DNA of 64,000 nt, from contig OZ076409.1 in the NCBI GenBank assembly GCA_964187785.1, positions 21,020,001 to 21,084,000 of the forward strand, given 5' to 3'. Each line of letters starts with the position of its first letter. Within the stretch, counting starts at the first letter, position 1. Shown one piece after another: positions 39,233 through 53,228 of the stretch. Made by a program: the position numbers and the translations under genes. The DNA comes from Amphiscolops sp. MND2022. Lineage: Eukaryota. The notes beneath the pieces are model-generated. The model was not told the DNA's origin. It saw only the letters and a list, made by a program, of their open reading frames with translations, and searched no databases.

Positions 39233-40950
39233 TGTGGAAATTTTAGTTTTTGGCGTCTACAAAAATCCATTGCCTTTGCGCGAAGTACATACAACCGACA
39301 GGACTATGTTAATCACGTTTTTAGACCGCCGGAATAGTGAAAACAGCTGAACAGGCTGACAATAGCATGCTTCGATATGGCTTATTTGGCAAACTAGGTA
39401 CTTACTTAGTAAACGAAAGTTCTTAGGTAGGTCGACCCAACTACGAACTCGTCGGCCAAGAACGGAATAAGTCATGTAATCAATCGAATTGATAGCCCAT
39501 AGAATATGAAGCCGTTTGCGCATATTTTCGGAACACTACGACGCGTGCAGGTGGAGCACGGACCCTATGTAAATGAACTCGGAATATTATGTAAATGACC
39601 AACAGACGAACCGAGGAACATGAAACTTGCCTAAGATGATCACCTAGCAACACTAAGTAAAATACATGGAAGATACATTATTCGGTCCACCACGCGCGGG
39701 GTAATGTTTGTTTAGGGCACGCGGGACCGGACGTCCGGGATCGGCCAATAAATGACCTTTGACCTTGGTTTTTAATACCTCAAATGAACCGGGATGATGA
39801 ATGTAGTCGTTTACTAACAGGAAAGGAAACGTTTTTGTAACCCATGTGGGGGTAACCGCCTTGAGTAAACAAACGATACGCATAGCATGTAACTCGGGAA
39901 CCATTGACTCTAGGATGATATAGCACGACATGTAGCAACCTTAGATGACGATAAACAACTTCAAGTTCATGGAAGGACCTCAAGTTCTTTTTAGATGTAA
40001 CCCCGGAACGTATGGAACAACTTACGATAAAACAGGTAAATCAACGTCGTTAAGTGAAAACTTATGCAATTCAGTCATGTGAGACGATTTGCGATGCATT
40101 GCTCCCCAAAAGGCGGAAAAGTACCACTTACACGTAGAAAGCATGTAAACCATGTAATTGAAGGTCATTGAAGAATTGTCTCGATATTCAAAGTATCTCG
40201 GGTGGCTTAACTTATTATTGAAATGTGAATTTTGTACAACTATTGTTGAATTCTTTGTCGTTGGCGGCGAAGTACATTTAGTCGAAATATTACGAGTGCG
40301 TTCTCATGCCATAAAAGGAATGGAGCTACGTGAAGTTAAAAGCATGCAAATAAAAGGGTGACATCGGTACAACAAAAATGATCAATCGGCGATGAACAAA
40401 TACAAATGAGGCGGAATTGGAACATACTTGAATAGACAGAACCGAGATAGGAAGCTGGGATTAATTTGAGTCTCGCGTAGACAAGATTCTTGTTCGACCA
40501 CCGAATAAGAGAGCTAGAAGAAAGTTGAGTCTCGCGGAGACAAGAGACACTTCTAGAAGTCTACGTTGTCGCTAGCTAAGTAGATTTGCTGACAAGTCCG
40601 GGACTTGCGATTTGGTTGAAGTTGGAGCTTCAACAAGATTGAATTGCGCCTAACGTACCTGGCTGAATCGGGATTCGATTGTGACTGTATCTTTTATTAC
40701 TGGGAATTGTTTATAGTATTTGACGATTATATTCGCGTGGATTTTTAGCTATAATCCTCAAATTCAATCGAAATATTGCAAGCTGAATTCCCGTGAGTTG
40801 ATAGTCGCGAGCCGAAAGAGCATTATCTGGAGAGAGAAATTGACAGTAACTTCAAGAGAGATGGCTAATTCACTAAAACAACCTTTCTTTCTGTTAAGCT
40901 TCCAATGGGAGGTAAATCTCTCTCCAAGCCACGAATTGGATTTTCTTTCA
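39233..40950 (+). repeat. 5' LTR (about 1.7 kb)
   Basis: TGTGGAAA start. ...TTTCA end lies 1 nt before the PBS. Confidence 0.65.
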
Positions 40951-40951
40951 G

Positions 40952-40970
40952 TGGCGCTCCTGGGTGGGCT
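40952..40970 (+). promoter_or_regulatory. Primer-binding site, tRNA-Asn-like
   Basis: TGGCGCTCCTGGGTGGGCT resembles the complement of the eukaryotic tRNA-Asn 3' end. Confidence 0.7.
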
Positions 40971-41000
40971 ACCCATTCTTTTTGAAGTAACTGTGGATGA

Positions 41001-41936
41001 TTGTGGACTCTGTTAGAGAGAACAGTGGATTTTGCAGTGTTATCAATCCGAGAGATGCATACTGTGGAAACAGCTCTTGGAAGAGACCAAGTGGACGTTG
41101 GAGAATTCCCGAGCAGCAATGAACCCAGTTGGAGATTGTGGTTGCTGAAGTTCTTGAGCACGGCCAATCAGTTGAAATGGATTTACCAGAAGTGTTGCCA
41201 GCAGATATCGGAATCACTCATGGGAGCTGTATTTAATGCTTTTTTGGAAGGCAAGCTCTTCGTTGAAGTAGAATTGGAGGAACCTAGAGTTTCGGATATT
41301 CTCAGCCGAACTGTGCAAGTGATTAGAGTTTCTCAGATCGAACTTATTGAAGAACGTTTTCTTCTGGAGCTTCGACAGAGGAAAGAAGAAAATATCTCAG
41401 ATTATGCACGAAGGTCGGACACACTCAAGACGCTTGCTCTGAAAAATTTCAGTGATAAGCATTGGGCCTCCAATTGTTTGTCAGGATTGAATGACGAGTG
41501 CCTCCGAGATGCTGCCAAGGATGATGCCCAATATACCATGATTGTTCGCGAATTGCAACCCCAAGATTGTTTGGAACAGCAGCTTAATGTATTGGTGTCC
41601 AAAATGCAACGAGTTCGACGTCGTAACGCTGAGCCACAGGCTCAAGAAGAAAAGTCGCCGACTGACAAAAGTCACTTTGGCGTTGTCAAAAGTAATGGAA
41701 GTTTTCAGAAACTTAGGATCTTGTCAAAAAAGAAGCAACCGAGAGACGTTGCTGACGTGAAGAGTTCCAATGATACCCAATGCAAGATCGAACAGACTCA
41801 ATCAAAAAGCATTGCGCACACAAATGCTAGACGTGTGGCGAAGTCAACAAAAACATGGAGAGCCTTATGCCTTGGACGTGAAGACAGTGATGATGAGTAC
41901 GATGATCTTGTTGGAAAACAAGGAAGAACTGCGTGA
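41001..41936 (+). pseudogene. Gag-like ORF (degenerate)
   Basis: LELRQRKEENISDYARR resembles the retrotransposon gag major-homology motif. Located directly after the PBS. Confidence 0.7.
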
Positions 41937-44900
41937 AAGCAGAATCGACGAAGCGAACTGTGGAGTTACCCCAGTGACGAAGAGTGGTCAGATGAAAATC
42001 AGAACTTGCCAGCGGAAACCATGCGAGACCCGCAGCGCCTGAGAAAAGTTACCAGTTGATGCCAATCCAAGAAACTTTGATGTGGAACAATGAAGCTGCT
42101 GAGCGTTCATCAGTATTCAATATGAGCTCTGGAGAAGCAATTGTTCAACGCCTTTGGGTTGAGTATGTTGTGCAGATAAACGTTCAGACGAATAACATCA
42201 ATTGGGCAGAACGTGGCTTGATTGAAAGACCAGTGGTTCGACCGAACCATGAAACAGCAGCTGCAGATTTGGAACAAATGAGTGTTGAGAGACCGACGCT
42301 GTCCTTTGAAAGATGTCCGTTCATATTGGAAGTGTGAATGGAGTTCTCGCAAAGAACTGATGAAACGATGGAAGTCGAAAGTGGGAAATGTCCCACCCAA
42401 GCAGTGGAATGTAACTTCAAACCCACAGAGGAGCTAGTTGATATGAAACTAGAATGTGTGAAGCAAGATAATCAGAATTGGGTGTATGTGCGAAAAGCGG
42501 AAGCAGACAGGTCATCACACGGAGTTCAGACCTTGAATGTTGAAGATGAACCGCAATGGGACCCCGGACCCAGTGCTCGAGTTACGAGGACAGCGTCGCA
42601 GTGTGTGCTAGGCCACAACGTCGATACAAAACAGACAGAAGCAAGCGGTGCTAGACTCAAGAGACAAGTGTGGACTTCATTTCTGTGGCTCATGACTGCC
42701 TGGTGGGTGCAAGTGAATGTACTATATGCGCGAGAAATGTCTTGGCCTTTGAACGTTTTACCCAGAAGTTCCAAGGGATGGTATCATGCGCTTCGGCCTC
42801 CGTCTGTTAAATGGGAACGAGCTGTGTCACGGATGTGCGAGAAAATCCTGGAGTTGAGTTGATGCTCTCGGACACTGATAGTTCCAACGCGAACACGAGT
42901 GTCTTCATCGTTGGCATAAGGAACAGCCACTCAGAAGTGAATGGGAGGCGAATGATGTTCATAAAATTCTCGAGGATTTGTCCTAAACATCTCTGCCACG
43001 ACGAGACTAAGATGACATCGGTGCGTGAGCTCCGAGAAACAAGTTGTAGATCACTGAATGACCAAGCGAGAGAAAGTCACCTCAAGGCATGGAACTTATT
43101 GAAAAGTGCCCTAACTACGGGTGACGAGCACAGGACTGCGAGAAAGTCTATGACAGACAAAAATTGAAACTTTGTGGTGGCAACACAGGCCAAGTGATGC
43201 GCAAGACGATGTTAACTCAAGAAGTGAAGTGGTTTTGCCACCCGCGAGCCACATGAGACCCAACGAAGAGGCCAGTTTCAAGAAGGGTCTGCGGCAGTGG
43301 ACAATGCGCGGCTGGTGCGGAACTAAACGAAATGTGGCTGTTCCAAAGGCTGATTCTTGCAGCTGGATCAGTCACAGGATGTGCGGAAGGTGGAAAGCGG
43401 AGGAACATGCAGCGCAAATCTCGATGAAAAGATAACCTATCGAGGGACGACAACGTGTTCACAAGATGCCTCCCATAAGCCTGTGAGACGTCGAATGAAA
43501 ACTGGTGACAAAAGATTAGTCATGAATTACAAACCTCAACTTTTACTTTTTTTGCTGGAGTTAGCTTTTTGCTTAACTAAATCTGACCAAGCTAGCAGAA
43601 TTTCTGCATGGAATAGCATGTTTTTTTTGGAAAAAAGATGTTACAGTATTGAAGATAAAGCGTTTTTTTTGTTCGCTGCCTAGAAATAAAAAAAGGACAT
43701 GCAGAAGTTCGGGAATGGTCTTTGTTTACTATTTTTTTTTCGGGGACCCAACACAACAGATTATTTTATTTCATACACGTTGGAATTATGCTTTTGAATT
43801 TTGTCTACCCCAAACCGCCGACCCTAACCGTTTTTCTAATACGCATACCCACAACCTCTCTCTCTCTCTCATAACTCCCACACCAGAGCTAAAACTCTCT
43901 GTCTTTGCCTCTTCTGAGCCCATAATAACGCCCCCCTAAACAAAAAGATTAATATTGACATATTCGGGTAGCATTTGTATGGTTTTGAAAAATCTATGAC
44001 CGCAAGACATTCACATACCTATTGTTTTACGCAATTTTGTTCAATATGTCAGACACCCGCAATTTTCTGTACCCCTGGCAAAAAATACACAGGATTTACC
44101 TGAGAAAAGGAAGGACTCAAACAAGTTATAAAAGAGGCGAATTTTACAGTAATCAACTCGGATGAAAGAACATGTTGATGACGGGATGAAGAGGGTACTT
44201 TAGATGAAACGCTTACAGTATGGAAAAGAGAAGGGGTCCGCTCTCCCAGAGCACCCCAAAGATTCTGGCGTGCTATCAGAAAAAGAAGTTTCTGGAATCC
44301 TTGCAGCCCAAACTCGGGCAACCCAAGGTTCCGTATGAAGATGACGAAATTCACCTAGCCCGGGCTTAGATGAGTTAAGCACAAAATGTCCTCTTCCACC
44401 TCCACGGCTAGCTGCACCTCGTGAACTTCCCCCAATTTCCATACGAGTGAAGATAAACACTGTGCGAAAATATTGAGACTTCCGAACCAAATTCGGTAAG
44501 GAAGGGCCTTGAGCCATGTTGTTGGATAGTGCGACGAGTTACGATTTTGAACGTTACAAAACTCCTTGTTACCGTCGACTTAGTGGATACAGGATGTCGG
44601 GACGTTTTCTAGATAAACAAATGCTAGCCCTTCGAGATGAGGGGTAGATCGTCTAACTTAATGGTACCAGTACATTGAGTGGTTAAAAATTGACAGATTT
44701 TGCAAAGTAAATTTGCTAAGTAAACAAAACTTTCAACAGCGGAAAATCCACCTCATATAGTTTTTGACTCTCTGACGTACTTCTAAACGTAAATATCTTA
44801 GCAAGCAAGTGAAGAACCAAGAAAAACCGTACCCGAATGTTGCCGAAAGTAATAGGACTACAGGAAACAATTGTTTGCTCTCTAAACAGATCTCGTAGCA

Positions 44901-45885
44901 GCCCGTCAGATGAAACCTCACGAGTGCGAAAAAATTTGAATATAATAACTTTTGTGTGTGCGGATAGCAAGTAAAATTTCGAGTTTGTTAAGTATTATTT
45001 TAGACTGACTATTCACCATTTTGCGTTCATGGCTTTTATGGGACTGTATGTAAGCAATTGGTACTTCCCGAACTTGAATGTGTACGTCTGAGTAGTAAGA
45101 AACTTCTGCCTCTTCGACCGGGCCCCCATGACATTCGAAGTATCCACCGCAGCCCGTAGGCGGCGAAAAGTAGTGATACGCCCGGGAACGGAGGAGTGGA
45201 GAAGAGTGATGGCGCTCTTCGTAGATTATCGAAGTACGGCGGGTAATCTCAATGCGACAGAGCGGGTTGCGCATGAAGAACTCATGACCTATATGGGGAG
45301 TTTCTATAGGCTGACTCAGTGAAAGAGGAAACAAAATGTAGTATTAGATAGTTAAATTTAACAAATTTCGTTATCCAGGATTTTCGATTTTTTACTTTTT
45401 TATATTCTACCACAATTACTCAGTTTTTTTTATTTGAGACTTCGATGCTTCTATCTTCATAGAATGTTTAAACCGCCTATATTATTGTTTTTTTTATTGA
45501 TGCGTCACTAGTTCATGAATGAAGAAGATCATATCAACCATCGATGTCTTTGCTTTTAATCGGAAATCATTTTGACCAATGCCCAACTGCTATCATGAAG
45601 TGTTTGTTTAACCCAGATTTCACGGTTCAGCCAACGACGTTAAGTTTATTCGTTAGAATAAAAGTCCAGAAAGGAAGAGTGTGGAAATTTTAGTTTTTGG
45701 CGTCTGCAAAAACCCATTGCTTTTGCGCGAAGTACATACGACCAACAGGATCATGTTAATCACGTTTTTAGACTGCCGGAATATTGAAAACAGCTGAACA
45801 GGCTGACAATAGCATGCTTCGAGTTGGCTTATTTGGCAAACTAGTTATTTATTTAGTAAACGAATGTTCTTAGGTGGAATTTATA

Positions 45886-47418
45886 AGTTATGGAATGACG
45901 TCAACAATGAAATGATTCGAATCGGCTAAGTCAGAGTTGATCTCTGAGAGCGAATTTTACTAAGGCCCAATTTCGAGTGAATTTTACTAAGGCCCACTTT
46001 CGAGCGAAAATATTCTAAGGTTCGCTAGGAAAAATCAATCGTCAATTTTCTGCAAACCCCCCCCCAAAGGTTTTCCTCAAAGGCTGTTAGACGTAAAGAC
46101 CTGAAATTTGGGACACGTATATCTGGGTTCAAATACATATTTTCATCATCTTTGTTAAGGTTGTTACCATTAGCATTTTCAGGCCTTCTAGTAAAGTTGC
46201 TATTTAAACTTTCCTCTCTTTCTACTGTGTCAAAATATATTCTCAAAATCAGATGGCATCTCTAGTCCCCAAGATTTCCTAGCTTTCTTTTCCTTTCTGG
46301 TCGTAGGCATTGTAGAGAATCCGAGCGAAATCACTAATTTATTTTGGTCGAAAAGCGAAGTTTTGAATGTTGTATAATAAACTGACTATATTACCAAACT
46401 TAACTAAAGAAAGCGAGCAAAAATTGTGTCCCTCCCCAGAAGAATACTGATGTATATATACCCCTGAGAGGGTGACACTCACATTCTCTACAAATCAATC
46501 TATCTATTTACAAACCCCTCAAGAAGCAGTTGACCAGGGTGGAACACTACCAAACTAATATTTGTTAGCGGCAACAACTTCATCAAAGCAATTCATGAAT
46601 TTGTCCTGTTAGGGTCAAGAGGAAATTCATTCCTAGGTCACAGATAGCAACAGTTGTTTATGGCAACAATACTTCAACGGTATTAGAAAAACACATCAAC
46701 TTGCCATTTTACAGTCAATCCGGTTAAATACTTCTAGTATCATGGGTTTTATTAGCAATCTTGTCCCAAATTGGCCAATATACATGAACCGGATAATAAT
46801 ATCATGCTTCTATCATAGTGGACATGGCGTTTTATTCGTGTATTTAAAAGAATTAACTACTCTTCTTTAACACCTTTAATCACTTCATATGGCGTATTAG
46901 GACATTTTCAAGCACTTTCCAAGAAATGCACGGCACTATAAATTAAACAACATGGGTTGTTTGATGAAAGCCAACTAGGCCGGAATCGGCCATTGGGCCA
47001 GCGTCCGTAAGCGTAGTATTTAGATTAAGGCAAGCGGCCATAACCGGTCAAATAATGTATTGCTGAAAGATAATACTAGCTATACTGCACTGTGATTGGT
47101 TAATACCAAGAGAACGAGCTACGTCGCCGATACGGGACGTTTTAACATTTGAACTCGTTTACTTTGCAGCGTACAGTAATTTGATTGCTTGTATTCTAAT
47201 CATTCTAATTTACATCACCTAACAAATACTAAATCAGCACCATTAAGCAACAGTTAACAGACTAATACAAAATACCTAACAAAATGTATAAATAGACTAA
47301 GGATTATTTCTATGGTTTCAGTTTTAACACTAAAATGTAGGACTCGTTCCTGGTGCGACGTCTTGTCCGTTTGCTGATGTCGTGATGATTGTTCCATTGC
47401 AGGTGGCAGCCTGCGACA
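45886..47418 (-). mobile_element. Solo LTR (1533 bp) with TATA target-site duplication, related to the 53229-54966 LTR
   Basis: TATA at 45882-45885 and 47419-47422. Starts TGTCGCAGGCTGCC like the 54966 boundary and ends ...CATAACT (terminal A mutated). Shares the MPTTRK.KKARKS.GLEM.SD start (ATG 46310). Confidence 0.85.
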
Positions 47419-48383
47419 TATATGGAGACAGTTTCTGGATTTGTATGAAAAGGTAACTTCGAAACATTTAAAAAACACTATCAAGATGAAACTTGAAATA
47501 GCAAAAACTTGAAATAGTAAATGAAACTTGAAATAGTAAATCAAAAAATTCATCAAAACACTACGAGAAAACACTTGCCAAAAAGCATTACAGCCAGAAA
47601 GGAAGATAACTGGATACGAAGAACAAATATTCGGACAAACAATTGAAAGTAAAGAAATTATGCGGCAAATTTGACCCAAGAACACACATGCTCAGCGAAA
47701 AATGCTGAAAGTGCAGAATGAAAAGTTAGGTCAAAAAATGCAATTTAAAACAAAAACAGTTCGTCATTAGTGACTCTGGTACGGAAAAGAAACAGAGAGA
47801 GGGGAAATTTACCCATACATTTGCCGGCGAAGCAAATTGCTTTGAAAAATCCCTAGTTGCGACTGCCGGAACTTTTTAAATGCTGCAGGACTGCATGCAT
47901 GGTAAATGTTTATAAAACCTAGAAAATTCAGTGATAATTCCGAGGGTAATTTTTGTAGAATTAAATTTTTCACTACTGGAATTAAATTTGAAAATAATTA
48001 CCACTTCATAATCGACAAGATCTTTTTGTATTTACACTTTGTTTTCTCAACTACTCATCTGATTTGACCACCGCTTCTCAAATAGGACGCTGAACATGAC
48101 GCGAAGTTTATTACGTGACCGAAGTTATTTTGCATTAAAATGGCTGGTAAGCTAAGAGCAATTTATTTGCTTTTAAAATTAGAACCGCTTTTTAATGAAC
48201 CTGATAAATTTCAATGCTTTAAATTGCCATCAAAACTTTGGAGCTTGATGAAAGTCGAATACAACAGGTAAGAATTTTCGCATGCAAGTTTCCGTAAGAG
48301 TTTTAGAAAATCGTAATAAAAGTTGACGGCAACATTAAAGTACAAGCAAAAATTCGATGACAAAAAAGAACAGAAACAATGCA

Positions 48384-49159
48384 CCTACGTTGAGCTTTCC
48401 TTGAGAATCTGTAAAGATCGTGCCACTGCTACGTAAGGACAACTGCAGATCTGCAAGGATCTTTACAGATGTTCAAAGATTTTCTGTACACATTTCTTTC
48501 TCAGGAAAATTTTTCCGGACCTTCTAGTGAAACTATGCATTTCATTTTTTAGCTTCTTCAGTAGATATTTTTGCTGACGAAGGCTCAGTCAGTTGAAACT
48601 CTCCATCGCTCAAATTTCTTGAGAAGGAAATCTTGTCCCCATCATGGTATTTTTGGTGTCTGGGGAATGTTAGGTGTTGGTTATACACTGAAATTTATCC
48701 ATTTCACTTGAACTTTCCAGAAGTGGTTTTTCAACTTTGAGAGGCTCGTTTGCCATATTGACTTCTTTTTGACAGATGAAATTTGACATGCGACAACCTT
48801 CTGGGTTGGTAGAGGCGTTGATAGAGTGCTGTGGTTGTAATATTTCGGGGACATGGTTTGCTGGAGTAGTTTTAGTAATTGCTGGAAATTCGGAATACGT
48901 TCTAGTCATTTATTGGTATGGTTAATTTATAAAAAATCCTGGAATATCTGCAAGGATCTGTACAGATCTGTACAGATTCGCACAGAAACTTTTTTAAAAC
49001 TTCAAATAAGATGCGTGTTTCTTTCGTGGAGCACTTTTTAACCAACAAATTTCATTTTCGGAAACTGAATTTATGACTATTCAATTTTCGAACAACCCCT
49101 GAATATCTGTCAGGATCTGTGCAGATCTGTAAAGATTCGCAGGGAGTGCTCAACATGGG
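48384..49159. mobile_element. Diverged MITE with GATCTGTA/CAGATC subterminal units
   Basis: Left CCTACGTTGAGCTTTCCTTGAGAATCTGTAAAGATC versus the reverse complement of the right end, CCCATGTTGAGCACTCCCTGCGAATCTTTACAGATC. Confidence 0.7.
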
Positions 49160-49697
49160 TAACAATAGCTAAACATCATTTGCAACTTTTATTGAATGAA
49201 AAAAAAACGATTCTTTGACGTAACGGTAAAATAATGCACAGGCAGACATGTGACCTTAAAAATTTTTTTCTAGCTATTCATTGTGATTTGTTTTGTTAGT
49301 TTGATTCGATTTCAAAACAAAAAATATATATCTAGAAGTAAAGTAGAGGAGAGAGATTTATAATGTTTTTGAAACTTCTGAATCTCCCAAAAAGTTTTTT
49401 GCTAATTCGGAAAACAACATATCGGAAACCAAAGAAACTTGCCGTTTTCTAAAAACGTTTGGATTTTTGGATCGAATCAATATAAGACATCTCAACTGAA
49501 TAGTCACAGCGAGAAGAAGAAGAAGAAAATTAATTTCTCCAATTCCGCGGCGTGGACGCCGAATAAGCAGTTCTGCTCTTCTAAGTCGGCGCCCTTTCCG
49601 ATACGATCTCCCCATAGCAAGGTAGCATATTTGCAGCCAAGTGGTCACGCAATGGTGGGCTTGAAGCTGTTGTTTAAAAGTGACTTGCTCAAGGTCA

Positions 49698-49858
49698 CAA
49701 AGGTCCTGATTGCTCACTGTTGCTCTTTTGGCTTTTCCGTACCACCAAGATAGGGATGATGGACTTGCTTAAGGCCCAATAATGGTAAGCTGAGAGAGAT
49801 TCAAACCTGATACCGCCCCAGTAGAGGCCGAATTCTCTAACCACTACACATGCTCCCC
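49698..49858 (-). mobile_element. tRNA-derived SINE remnant
   Basis: A-box-like TGTAGTGGTTAGA and B-box-like GGTTTGAATC, followed by TGGGCCTTAAGCAAGTCC (CORE-like). No intact cloverleaf. Confidence 0.6.
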
Positions 49859-52800
49859 CTCTAACAACTACACTATGCACCACAACAACTAATCGTCAAC
49901 AGTACATTCTCAATGTAATTCTCAATCAAAATTTTTGATTATGGGGATTATGGGGATTATTAATTCATACTTTTGTAAATCTGCTGGCTGATTTCTGCCA
50001 CCACCACGCCCCCAGTTTTTTGAATGAAGTTTTCAAAAATGTTTCAAACGGGTTCTGCTTTTAAACAGTGATTTTACTGAAAACTAGCCGTTTTTTTGTG
50101 ACTCACAAGTTGAAGCTGTTGATTTCCAAATCAAGAGTGTGTGACTTCATAGGGAAAAATAGTGTGAGCAAAGTTTGCAAATGGATCATAAACTGTCACT
50201 CTGAGGATAAATTTTAAAATTGAGGTTCCTAGTTTAGTTTTTAATGTTTTGTTCTATTTCCACTACTTTTCAAAAAACGGTGGTGGTTTGGGGACAGAAA
50301 AGAACCAATCGTATAATACTGTAGTACCATAGTATTATTCACAAGCTAGTGTACTTTCAGTGTGAACACCAAAGAGGTCTAATGGAATGGAAAAATATTT
50401 AGGAATGAATCGATGTACAGAAAAGTTACATAGACGCGACGATAACGATAAAAATGTCAGCGGTTATTGTTTTAGTTCTCCGGAATTTCCAATGCTCTCT
50501 TTCTTGAATACATAAATGTATGATCTGCATAAATTAGCATACGTTAAACATATATTGTCTGCTCAATACCATTAATCTCGACGCTAATTTTTTTAGCACA
50601 CAAAACAAACAAAAATCAGCACGTGTTAGCAGAAATTCAAAAATTTTGTCTAGTTTTTGGTAACTTTTGTGGAATCTAGTTCTTAGTCTTCGAGCTTGAA
50701 AAGTAAACATATCATTTACTTTTTTAAATGAATATACCTGGGAAAGACACGTTCACGATTGTTGAAATACGAGGTCATTTTTAGCGCTTTCCTAACTCAA
50801 ACTTTGTGGTCATCCACAACTTACTCTCGAAACTTTGAATGTCTTTTCAGAACGGTTATTTAAAGATTATTTTCACACCTTGAAGTAATGAGAAAAAATA
50901 ATGATATCGTAAAAACCTTGGTTTTGAAGCAGCTAATAGTGCTATCTGAAATTTGTTTTATCAAAACATTCAACTTTTTGCACTATTTTAAAGTCATAAT
51001 TTATCTATTTTAAATTTGGTCTTTTCTATAGAAAACTGTCTACTGTCTACTATTTAAGGTTTGTCCCTAACTGCAGCTTATCGTATAATGTCACGACAAC
51101 AGGTTCCACAAACTTCCAAATTTGAATGGAATTGATTTCTAACCAAGGTCTTTTACTTTTTTACTCACTATCCACCTCAGTCGGCTGAAAGGAGATCTCT
51201 TCCCAACATCAGCGAAGCTCACATCCGTTAGTAGTAATTTATATTGATGATTACCCCTTACATGTTTTATCTTGAAAAATTCCTTTGGAGACAAGACGGC
51301 AGCATATGTTCGATGTTTTTTTCTGTCGGTAGTTTCTACTGAACTTTGCATGAACAACATAAATAGTATTATTAAGAATTCTTTTAAATTACTCAGTAAA
51401 GATTGCTGCAATAAAGTTTTTGATGGTCAAATTGTATAGATCGGTCACTGCAGCTGGAAGAAAAACTGGGAACCTTTTAAAACCTTTGACTATCTATCAT
51501 TCCAGAATTATTTTTCACAGATCATTTTCACACTTTAACCCTAAATGGACGGTGGTGCGATTTCGTACCAATTAGTCTCTGCAAACTTTTGAAGGCACTA
51601 GCTGACCGTCAAAGAAAGGAAACTTTTGGATAAGATTTCTTAACAATATTGCATTGCACGCATTTCCACGGAATATTGAATTGATATCTTTTGACGGAGT
51701 ATTGACTCGATGTCTCCGAAATCAAGAAACGGGACCAAAAAAAAGTGAACGTAGAATTTTGGTTTTTCCAGTTTCCGTTTGTGGCCAATTTGTCCCACTG
51801 GTAAGAAGATTGGGTCAAAGCAGCCCTAGCATGTTTTGAAACATGCTGAATGCCGTCAGAGACACGAGGCGTGCAAGGTTTTGGCGGAACCTCCGGAGCC
51901 AGTGAGCGCAAGCGGGCCCCCAGCCCAGTAGTTCAAAAATTAAAATGAAAGCCCTGATTGTCTTCTTTTGAACGCGCTATAAATTGTTTGTCGCTCTCGA
52001 GTAGTTTAAATGATATTGCAGTTTAAAGTTTTAGCACCAGATTTTTGGATGACTTCAGAAATTTCTTCGTCCATTTAGGGTTAAAGCCGTGAGTCAATAA
52101 GACAGTTATATAAAACACAAGACAAAATATATTACAGAACAAAGGTGCAGTGGTACTCCGACACTTTTGGAATCTCAGGAAAAGCTCTTGAGAAAAGATG
52201 AAAACACAAAGTTTAAGTGGAAAACAAATGGAGAAGGCGCATTGGCAAAACAGCATTTGTCGTATACTGTTACAAGATTCCTTAAGGAACAATTTGCACA
52301 CCCTCCAGTCTCAGTTGTCTGACAAAGGTGATTGTTTGAATGTTATGAACAAAAAATACCTCTTTTTATCTGAAAACTAGTTCATGCATAAATGCATTTG
52401 AGGTTGAGAAATGACGAGTCAAAAAATGTATTCCCCAGGCCAAACAAAATCAATTGCGGTTATGACGTCCAAAATCGAAAAGAGCGTGATTTATTGTACC
52501 GAAGGTTGTATCAGAAGACTTTGGTTAGGTGCGAACGAGCTTCGCCCTCTTCCTGGCAAAACGTAACATAATCTGGTTGTGACGTTATTATTCCGGAATG
52601 ACCCCACCTTTTATTTTTAACGTTATAACAAAAAAAGTTTTTATTTCTGTTCAACTTGAAAAGACTCAATGTTCCTCAGTGACAAGATTCGAACTAACGC
52701 TTTCTTCCTATCAACACGTTAATTACTTCATAGTCATTTTTTGAGAGAGATTGCGCTTTTTTAGCTCGATACCTTGGACCATGTCATCTATCCCCCCAAG

Positions 52801-52984
52801 CTGCGATGGGGGGGAATAAGACAGAAGGTTCATATAACATTATGGCGACATCGTTTGCGTTGAAATTTTGGTCCAATAGAATAAATGATGTCAACTTGTG
52901 TAACTCTACCTTTTACAATGACTGCCAGTTGAAAGTTGTTCATTAGATTTTATCGCGGAGAAAATTTGCGTTGAAATAGGGACC

Positions 52985-53228
52985 TTTTTAGTCGGCGCTT
53001 TCGGAAAAAAGTGCCCGATTCTTACAATGAGTATTTTTTTAAACGCGTAAGGTCCACTTTATTGTTCATTTGTTCAACAACTTGAACTACGGAGGATCAA
53101 AACACTCTAACCTCAGAAGCTCGTCCAAAACGAGATGAAAAAACAAAACCGACGTCCAGAACCTTGAAAACATACTAAGGATTCCCTTCGGCTATCTTGG
53201 TGTTTTTCACTTTTTTCGGGACTATGAG
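52985..53228 (+). mobile_element. 5' part of a HINE-like element, interrupted by the Gypsy insertion
   Basis: TTTTTAGTCGGCGCTTT terminus shared with the 31143-31624 element. Abuts the LTR end at 53229. Confidence 0.55.

Larger units (their letters stand above)
39233..45875 (+). mobile_element. Old, internally deleted Gypsy-like LTR retrotransposon with truncated 3' LTR
   Basis: 39233-39428 recurs at 45680-45875 (about 15 differences in 196 bp). PPT AGAAAGGAAGAG precedes the second copy. PBS at 40952, gag-like ORF and traces of the RT N-terminus. Confidence 0.8.

Noticed and set aside
49790..49858. tRNA gene
   Set aside because: The boxes are degenerate, no cloverleaf forms, and a SINE-like body follows.
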